Shown here: one piece after another, positions 1 to 9,300 of the stretch | How the letters are laid out: each line of letters opens with the position of its first letter | Position numbering within the stretch: position 1 is the first letter of the stretch | IMG/VR virus record: IMGVR_UViG_3300034682_000022 | Location: 1 to 37,230 of that record | Length of the DNA stretch: 37,230 nt | Origin: a virus | Taxonomy: Duplodnaviria; Caudoviricetes | Strand: one strand, 5' to 3' | Made by a program: the position numbers and the translations under genes | The notes under the pieces: model-generated | Told to the model about the DNA's origin: nothing | What the model saw: the letters and a program-made list of their open reading frames with translations, nothing else | The model's database searches: none

Positions 1-1
1 G

Positions 2-253
2 ACAGTGGCCGACTTGGTGAAGAAGATCGAGGCCCCCAACGGCTACCCCGCCAGCCTGTTCCAGCCCCTGGTGGAAGCCGTGCAACGCAAGCTGGGCCAC
101 CAACTGCCGCCCGGCAAGATGATCGTTGACCGCCAAAAGCTCGCCGCCGTCTGGTCTGACCTGGGCAAGCTGCGCAACCGCATCGACGGCCTGGGCATGC
201 TGGAGTCTGACCTGCCGCCCTCCTGGTGGCGCCAGCAGCAGATCAGTGCCTGA
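2..253 (+). CDS. Hypothetical protein, probably the C-terminal part of a gene entering from the left edge
   Basis: The frame is open from the window edge to TGA at 251-253 and converges on the giant gene, with a palindrome between them. Confidence 0.55.
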   Translation, partial: TVADLVKKIEAPNGYPASLFQPLVEAVQRKLGHQLPPGKMIVDRQKLAAVWSDLGKLRNRIDGLGMLESDLPPSWWRQQQISA

Positions 254-275
254 TTGCCACTGGCCACGCTACCGA

Positions 276-330
276 ATTGATAGCTGCTAGCGCTTGTTGC
301 ATAAGCGCTAGCAGCATATTTTCTATCAAT
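276..330. repeat. REP-like palindrome / possible bidirectional terminator between convergent genes
   Basis: Perfect 13-bp inverted repeat GCTGCTAGCGCTT (283-295) / AAGCGCTAGCAGC (303-315), plus outer ATTGATAG/CTATCAAT. It resembles intergenic palindromes of Acidovorax/Comamonas (recalled, not searched). Confidence 0.7.
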
Positions 331-3300
331 CTACCACCGCAAACCGCCCCGCCTCCATCGCATCGCGCCGGTTCTTGGGCAGGTACACCCCGCCCTCGGC
401 CTGGTCGATGCGCTTCTGGCGGTTGCGCACGCTTTGCAGCACGTTCAGCGGGGTGATGCGCTGGCCAGGATTCTTCTGGTTGAAGCGCTGGATCTCCTGC
501 ATTGCTTCGGCCCGTGCCTCGGCATCCTTGGCCATGGTGGCGCGTGCTGCCTTGGCCAGCAACTCCTGGCGGCGCTCGCCCAAAGCACGGTCCTGCTGGT
601 AGATCGCGCTCTTGCCCTCAGTGGCATTGCGCACTTCCGAGGGCGAGAAGCCCAGGAACTGACCCGCCACTCCAGCCAAGCTCACCTCATCCTGGATGAC
701 CACTCCGGTTTTGTCCTGCACGCCCTCGGACTCGTAGCGAATCGCTTTGATTGGCCCTCGCAGTGCTGCGGGCATCATGGCTTCCAGCCCGCGCGCATAT
801 TGCCCCTGGGACATATCCTGCAGGCCCTTGAGCACGTTGATGCCGATACCAGCCACCGGACCCAGCGCTGCAGCCATAGCGGCTTCACCCAGGCGCTGCC
901 CTTCCAGGCCCTCCTGCACGTCAGGGAAGATCAGCCGATCCAGGCCTACCCGGCCGGAAATGTCCCATGGCGTCAGGCGCGACAGGCCATGCGCCAGAAC
1001 TTCTGCTGGCTTCTGGCCCAAAGTGTCGGCCAACATGTTCTGTAGCGCCACCTTGGCATCCCATGGCTCGTCGTCATCCCCGCCAATCATCGAGGCAGCC
1101 GCCAGCAAGGTTGTCACCATGGGCAGGCCCAGCACACCGGCAGCTGCGGCATGGGTGGCCAGCAACCCGCCCAGCGCCTTGCGCGCCTGTGCACGGACTT
1201 CTGGCGATTCGCCCTTGATGGCCTGCTGCGCATTGCGTGCCAGGGTATAGACCATGTTCTGGCCATACTGCTTGAACAGCAACAGGACCTTGGCCACATT
1301 GCCTTGCATGAACCGTGGGCGATTTGCCGCGCCGTAGTCGAAGTGGCCATCGTAGGTTGCCTTCGTCGCTTGCTCAAAAGCCGCTTTGTGGTCGGCACCC
1401 GCCTCGCGCGCCAGCCGGTAGGCCGCCACAAACGTCACCTGGCGGTTGAAGCGCTCGGCGTGGTGGAACAGGAACGATGCCCAGCGCATTACTGGCCGGA
1501 TCTTCCACATCACCCCCATGTCCTCGCCCTGGGCGATCCCGGCCAGGTCGTGCGCCATGGTCACGTCGATGGTGCCCGCGCGCACCGCCTCGTTGTAGGC
1601 CGCCAGCTCGTCGGCATTGAGCGATGCCGTGATGTCGTTCTTGCCCTTTGCCGCTTCGGCACTGGCCTTGAGCAACGCGGCGCTGGCCTTGCCATACCCC
1701 CACTTGGCCCCCATGATCGGGTACGCCACCAGCGCCGTCTGGCTCAGGTTGACCATGGCCGATGCGGGGGACAAGCCCAAGTGGAACACGAACCCCAGGC
1801 TGGTCAGCGCTGTGGAAACCGGGTTGCTCTTGGGGTTCATCAGCGACTCATGGCGCTTGTTCATCTCGTCCACCACACGCTGGGCACTGTTCTGGTCGAA
1901 GTCCTCCACCTCGCGCCAGTCGTCCACATGCCGCTGCATCGCAGCCAACTCGTCCTGCATCAGGTCCGAGTAGCGCAGCTTTGCCAGATACCGGGCGCCG
2001 TGGAACATGTTCTGCGCGAACGCCCGGCGTGCGTCCTGGCTGAACCCCGGCGTGCCCTTGCGGTGAATGCCGTGCTTGGCCCAGCTCAGGTCAGGCAGGC
2101 TCGACAGGTACAGCTGGCCCAGCGTGTCCTCCAGCTCTGCACGCTGTGCCGCGTCCATGTCCTGCTTATCCAGCACCTGGTACAGCTCGGTCATGAAGCC
2201 GCGGCCCACCGCGTCACGGTCAGCGATGAAGTCCTTGGACAGCATCACCCGGCCCACGGTGAAACCTTTGTCGCGCGGGAAGGCCGACAGCAGGTTATTG
2301 CGCAGCGCCTCGGCCTCGGCCTTGGTTTCTGCCCGGCTCACGCTCTCCACCTTGCCGTCTGGCCCCTTCACCGTCACCGCATACTGGCCAAAACGCGCCA
2401 GAGGGAAGTACACCCCCTTCACCGCCTTGAAAAACTCGTCGTCCATCTGCTTGAGCAGCGCCGCCTTGCGCTCGCCCTTGATCTCGCTGCGCTCGATCCG
2501 CTCCTTGATGGCGCTGCGCACCTTGGCGTGGTGCGACTTGTAGGAATCCCGCGTATCGGCGTAAACCTTCTTGGCATCGTCGCTCAGCAGGTTGTACTTG
2601 CGCCGCAGCTCCAGGTACTTGCCCTTGTCGTCGCCATCCACCAAATCCTCGGCAGGGTCGATCTGCGCCAAGGTGGCATCGTGCATCAGGTCGGCCAGCT
2701 TGGCCTCGTCGTCCAGCTTGGCCCAGCGCGTCACCAGCTGGTCAGCCTCAGCCCCGCCCTCGTTCTTGTCAGCTTCCATCTGCTGCACCAGCCGGTTGTA
2801 CTCGGCCAGCGGCACCAAGTCGCCGTAGATGTCCACGATCTGGCGGCGGCCAAGCGCCTGCAGGCCAATGCCCAGGTAGTCCGTCAGCTTGAAGCCAGCG
2901 CGCTGCTTGATGTGGGTGGCCGTGATGGACTTGAGTGTGTCACCCACAGCCTTGGCTGCGTCGGTGGTGCGGCTGAAACGAATGTCGGGGTTGGCGGGGT
3001 CGAAGTCGCCATTGTTGCCTATGGTGGATTTGACCTGAGTATTGTCGAAGACAACATACACATCAGTCAGCGCGTCACCACCATCCACGTACCCGGCATC
3101 GTATGTGCTGCGCAGTATTACGCCATCATGGCCTGCTGCTTTGGCCTCTTGAATCACCTCGGCGTATGTGCGGTCCCGGTAATCGGCCCCTGCGTAGTCA
3201 ACGATCTTGGGGTTTTGCAGGGATAGGTAAACTGGCATCACGTTGCCGCCAGTGTTCTTGGCAGTTTTGCCAACCAGCCGCAACACCCCTTCGCTGAATG

Positions 3301-6300
3301 GCTCAAACGCGCCAAAGGTGATGCGCTGCATGAACCTTCCCAGCTTCGTGTCGCGGTACTCGTCAAAGGTGTTTGCGTAAGAGCTGGCAACTGCCGGATC
3401 ACTAGCGAAGAAGAAACCCAACTTCGCGCTTTGCGCGCCTGACGCCTTACCCAGCTTGTTCGGGTCAAAAACAGAAATGTCCGCGTTCGTCCCGTGGTAC
3501 ACCACCAGCGGCTTGCCCTCGGCATCCACCACCTTGCTCCCCTTAAACCAGCGTTTGAACGCATCGGTTTGGGTCTGGTCACCTGCAGTGCGGCTGTAAA
3601 GGATGCCGTTCAGTCCCGCAGGCGCCCCGCCATCAAGGCGGCCCAGCGTTTGCCCGATGGCCCGGACTGCCGCAGCGTCGCCAGGGCCACGACCACCGCG
3701 TTCTTGCCTGTCAGCGCCAGTCGATGCACTTGGTCCATCGGAAACGGCCCTTGCGACAGAGGCCGTGATTGCATAGCGGATAGCCGTAGTGCGGCCCACG
3801 CCTGTACGGGATGGCTGTAAAGCGACACCGGCGAGGGATCGCGTTGCATCTTGCGCACCAGCATCCAGGTCGCCCAAAGGAACCGAAGATTCCAGACGAC
3901 GGTTACGCAGTGTTCCGCCCACGACTTCGAGGTCGCGGAGCGCGGGCTCCCGCATTCGCGCGATCTGGGCAGAGGCTTCAATAAGATGCTGAACATTTGT
4001 TGCAATGGTAGCGGCGCCATCGCCAGGCGTCCACAGTTTTTCCTTGATCGCCTCCAGCTCACCGTGCAGCTGCGGGTTGCCGCTGTAGTGCGTGTCCTCG
4101 GGCTCAGCCCCCAGGCGGCGCGTAGTCGGCGCCAGCGCAATGTACTGGTCAGCGTGTGGCTCCAGGTGCCGCGTCGTGCCAAACCGCAATGCCGACGAAA
4201 TCATGGCCTCGCTACGGCGCAGGCGGTTGATGACCGTCAGCCCTGCGGGGTCCGGCCGCATCGTCTTGCCATTGTTGTGCGCCCAGGCAAAAGCAATCTG
4301 GTAAGCCTTCGCGCCGCCCTTGTCCTGCCCTACATCTGAATTGCCAATGACAACAAAGGGTCGGCCGCTGTCTGCCTCGAAAATGTCCAGCAGCTTGTGC
4401 TGCTCACCGTCCAGGCCATCGGTGTAGAGCGCAAGTGTTTTCTTGCGTGTACCACGGTGCAGCGCTGTGCTGGGGCCTGCAGTGAATTTCGCTGCTTGCG
4501 TCACGCCCTCCTGCATGTCCTGGGCAATGTCGGCCAATTCAGTCGCATTACTGCCGCGCAGCTGGAACGCATCGCCAAACCGCGCCAACTGGCGGAATGC
4601 CTCATAAAGCGGCGTCTTGGCTGGTGATGGCGACATGGGGGCCAGCCCACCTGACTGCATGCCGCCAGCGCCCAGGCTGAACGCAGGGTCCAATGCCCCC
4701 ACCGCTGCACCACTGGCAACGCGCCCACGCTCCACAAAGCCACGCGCAGGCAGGATGTAGCTGCGGATGATCTCGGCGTCCGTCAACGCCAGGCGCTTGA
4801 AGCCCGGCACATTGGCGCGAAGCCATGTGCGAATAGCGGCAATGGCGCGCTTCACATAGCCCAGCTCGGGCTTGGTTTGCGCCATCTCGGCCAGCACTTC
4901 CTCAGCGGCCTGCAGGCGCTGGGCCTCGTTCGCCATGTCCAACCCGTATTCTTGGGCTTTGGCTTGCACTGCGGGCTTGTGCAGCGCGGCCACTTGCTTG
5001 AGGATGGGTGTCAGCGCATCGCCAAAGGCGCCGTGCAGGCCGTAGTGACCCAGCACCTCATGGAATAGCACCTCGGCAACATCGCGTGCACCGTTGAGCT
5101 GTTCGGACAGCAGGTACACCTTGCCCTTGTAGATGAACCCGCGGGCCTCGCCAGTGGCGCCCTGGCTCTTGAGCGTGGTGTCGTAGTCGCGCACCGCTTG
5201 CGGGATCTGGTCGTCCTGCATGTTGCGGGCCACGATGATTTCCGGGGCCTTCGACCACCGCTGCCGCAAACCAGTGACCATGCGCTCGGCAGCAGACTTG
5301 CGCTCGTCGCTCATGCGGCGATCCGCACTGCTGGCCTCCGGTGACGCCGGGTTGGCGGCGTTGAACATCGCCACCGCTTCATCTGCGGTTAGGCCAGCAG
5401 GGACGCGGCTGAACATGGCCACATTCCCGGCGTCATCCTCCTTGGTTTCAACCGTCTGGAAAAAATGGTCAAACCCAGCTCGGATGGCTGGGATCTCGGC
5501 CGCAGTCGGGTATGGATAGCTGCCGTCGTTTTCCATGCCCAGGGCCGCCATCGCATCCCACGTCTTTTCGCTCACAACGTTGGCAAGGTAATCGTTGGAT
5601 GCGTCCTGGTCCTGCAGCTTGGAAATCAGGTACGACTCAAAGGCGCGGGCAGACATTTCCTCGCCGGTCGTCCAGTATTCCTTGGAGCGCTTGCCGTCCA
5701 GCTTGGCAGCACGGGCCTTCATGGCTGTCTGGTTGATGGCCTTCACCACCGCCCCGAAGGCGTCGATCATCTCCTGGCGAATTCCGCCCTCGTAGTAATA
5801 ATCCTTGCCGCGAGCAGCCAGGCCCACATCGGTCCCGGTTGTCATGAAGCTGCCGCGGTTCACCTTGCGCTGCTTGGCAAAGTAGTTGTCCAGCGCGTGC
5901 CACCACTCATGGCCCAGGCTCCCGGCCCCCTCTTTCTTGGTGAGGTTGATGACCACGCTGTCAGGCTCGTAGTGGGCGGCCGCAGGGTTGACGCCGCCGC
6001 TGCCACGCGCGCCGAAAGCCAGGCCAAGTTTTCCATTCAGCGAAATTGCCTTGGTTGGAATGTCCAGCACCGCAGCCATGTCCATAAGAGCGTCGAAGGC
6101 ATCGTTTAGATCCTTCTGCCGGCGCTTTTGCTCCACCCAGTTGCCAAACTCCACCCCCCGGAAGCCGAACACGTCGCTAAACATCTGCGGCGTAACGTCC
6201 TGGCCGTTTCGCATGTCCACGCCCACGCGAGGTTGGTTCACATCGGCACGCTCGCGGGGGATCTCCTTGTACTTCTCCAGCTTGGCTTCCAAGGCTGGGA

Positions 6301-9300
6301 GATTGTTCTGGCGGTACTCGCGCGCTTCCTTCACCGTAGCGAATGGACCTTCCAGCTTCGCGTAATTGCGGCCGATCTTCTTGCCGATGAAGAAGCCATT
6401 GCTGGTGCGCTCGCTGAAAATGTCGAACGATGCCTTGCGCACCGCGTTCTGCAGGTCCAGCGAGTCGTACTTTTCCCGGAACGCGGCCAGCGCCTGCTCC
6501 TTGGTGTCGCCAATGGCAATCTCTCGCGGCCAGTTGCTGAACGCCGAAGCTCCCGCATCTTTCTCGACCACCCACAGATTCACGTTTTCGCGCCCACGGT
6601 AGAGCGTGTAATGGTGCTCAGCGAATCGCACACCCTCCAGTGACTTAGCGTGTCCCACCAGCTCATACAGCTCGATGCGCCCCATCATCCCGCGCAGGCT
6701 GGTGCCCTTGTTGGCCCCCATGCGCTCCATGTCCTGCACGGTGATCTTGCCGTCCATCACATCATTGGCCAGCCCGCGCAGGGTCTTCACCTGCTCAGCC
6801 CAGCGCTTGACCTTCCAGGCGGCACGCGGCTTTGCGGGCACCTCGTCGCGCAGCGCGCGCACGGCGGCCACGGCCTTCGCATCCATGCCTGCGTCGATGA
6901 GTTTCTGATAGTCCGGCGCAGGCCACACCTTGGCCAGCGGCTGCCCGGCAATGTCATCGTCCATCACCTTGTTCAAGTCGTCCTTGAACCCTGACCACAC
7001 ATCCTTGCGCGCGCCGCCGATCTTTTGGCCGAAGTCAGTGATGGGAGCACCAGCCGTTGCGGTGGCTGCTGGTTTCGCGGCAACCGTTGGCTTTGTTGCC
7101 CCCTGCTCCACAAACCCATCAGCCACAACCTTGGCCATGCCCACTTCCTCAGCCAGCTTCTTGGCTTGCGCCAGCGCTCCGAAAGTCTTGTCCTCGCCAT
7201 CCACCATCCAGGCGGTTGCACTGCGGTCGCCCTTGGAAGCCTTGGCAACGATCATCCGGCCACGCTTGGCGTCCTTGTCTGCCTGCGATTCGTAGAACGT
7301 CAGCGCGTGGGTTTTGACGCCATCCTTTTGGCCCAGGTCTTCCCAAGCCATCAGGGACTTGGCTTCGGCGGGAGTCAGTTTGGGGGTGTCTGGTTGCGCT
7401 GCTGGCTTTACCAACGAACGTGCACCGTTCGGCTTAGCCGCTGTAACAACTCCTTCGCGCTCCATGCGGTCCAACAGCGCATTGACTTCAGCATAACTGA
7501 CACCAAGCGCGTCCTGAATAGCCGGGCGCTTGACCTCACCTGTGCTGCGCACAAACTCCACTGCTCTAGCGTAGGGCCCCTCTTGTTCGTCGTTAGCCTG
7601 ACCAGCTCGGGGCGCAGCACTGGGCGAATTCTTCACCGCCTCCAACGCCTGCTCCACCGGCGCATCCAGCACGATGGCCTTTACGGGCTTGCCTTCTTCG
7701 GCAGCTGCCAGAGCTTGGTGGTGACCGTCGATGATGTGCCCATCGCTGGAAACAATCACGGCCCGGTCACCTGCAGCAGTCTTGGCGGCTTCCACCTTGG
7801 CGGGGGAATACTCGGCCTGTGTGGGCTTCAACTCGGCCGCTTCAACCATCGTGGTTTCGTGGGCGATACCCTGAGCATTCAGGTGCTTGACCAAGCCGCC
7901 ATGCGACTGGCTTGGGATCTGCGGCATTTCGGCGCGTGGTATGCCCAGCGTGCCAGTTTCAGGCGCAAATTGCTGCTCGTCGCCAACTGGCACGGACTGA
8001 GGCTGCGGCGTGTCATTTGCTACATTTTCAATAGCTGCTTGCGCTTTATCTGTGTCGGTCTGCGGTTCTTTTTGTGGACTTTTCGCAGTTACCCCAGCGG
8101 TTTCCACGGCGCCGGTTCCGGCTGCGGGTGCAGTGGTGGCTGGGCCTGCGGGCTGTGCTCCCACAGCTTGCGCCGCTTGGCCTGGCTGGCTGACAGCTGC
8201 GGCTGCTTGAGGTACTTCGGGTGCTTGCGGTACGTCTTGGACATTCACTGGCTCCTGGGGGCGAACAACAAAGCCGCCTTCCACCGGCACCACGGCGCCG
8301 GGCGTCTTCTTGGCGGCACGGTCTGCTGCCATGCGGGTCTTGAACGGCTCACCGGCCGGGTTCAGGATGTCGGTGGGCGCTGGTGTGGCCATGCCCTGGG
8401 CTGCTGCGCGGGCCAAGCGGTCTGCCACCGGGTCGGTCTGCGCTGGCGCCTCGGCTGCAGCGCGGGCAATGCGCTGCTCTGGTGTCAGCCCCCGCTCAGC
8501 CTGCATGCGCTGCTGCACATCGGCGGGAGTAATCCGGCCAGCGTCAAAGTCGCGCACGTAGGCCCGAGCTGCTGGCGTGTTCACGCCGCGCAGGTTGTCC
8601 AGATAGTTCTGCGCCGGGTCTGTTTGCAGATCCAGGCCCACACCATCCGTGCGGGTGCGTGGTGCGCGCTCCACGGGCGCAGCGTCTGCCTGCTGCATGC
8701 GGGCAATCGTTTCTTTCAGCCGGGCCTCGCCCTGGGCGGCCATGTCTGGCGTCACCCAACTGGGCGGAACCAGCACGAAGCCACCGCCAGGATGCTCGGC
8801 CACTGCCAAATCCAGCCCACGATTGCGGGCTTCGTCCAGCATTCGCGCTGCATCGCTGGCGGGCATCGGTGGACGCCGCTCGGCCACATTGGCCACATTC
8901 GTGATGCTGTTGGCCTGCGCTTCATTGTTCATGCCCAGCGCGCCAGCCAGCGGGTCGGCCCGCCCGGCCATGCCCCCACCGCCCAGCATGGAGCCCATGT
9001 CGGTTTCGGTCAGGCGCTCACCCAGCACAGGAGGCGGCGCATTCTCCGCCAGCAGCCGATCCAGCAATTTGCGGTTGTACTGCTGCACACCCTTGGCCAC
9101 GTCTGTTCTGTTCACCACAGCGTAGGCGCGCAGCGCGTCTTGGCGGGCACCATCCGGCAATGCCAGGATCTGATCGCGCACGGGGTCGTCCACCGCCTCG
9201 GGCGCTGCCTCGGCCGTCTGCTCTGATCCCGGCTGGATTGGCACTGGCGCGCCAGCTTCCACCGCTTGGGCTTTGGCCTCCACGCCTGCGTTCACAGCCT

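Noticed and set aside
1151-9226. Long plus-strand ORFs (1151-3226, 7025-9226)
   Set aside because: Antisense shadows of the GC-rich giant gene, with no recognisable motifs.
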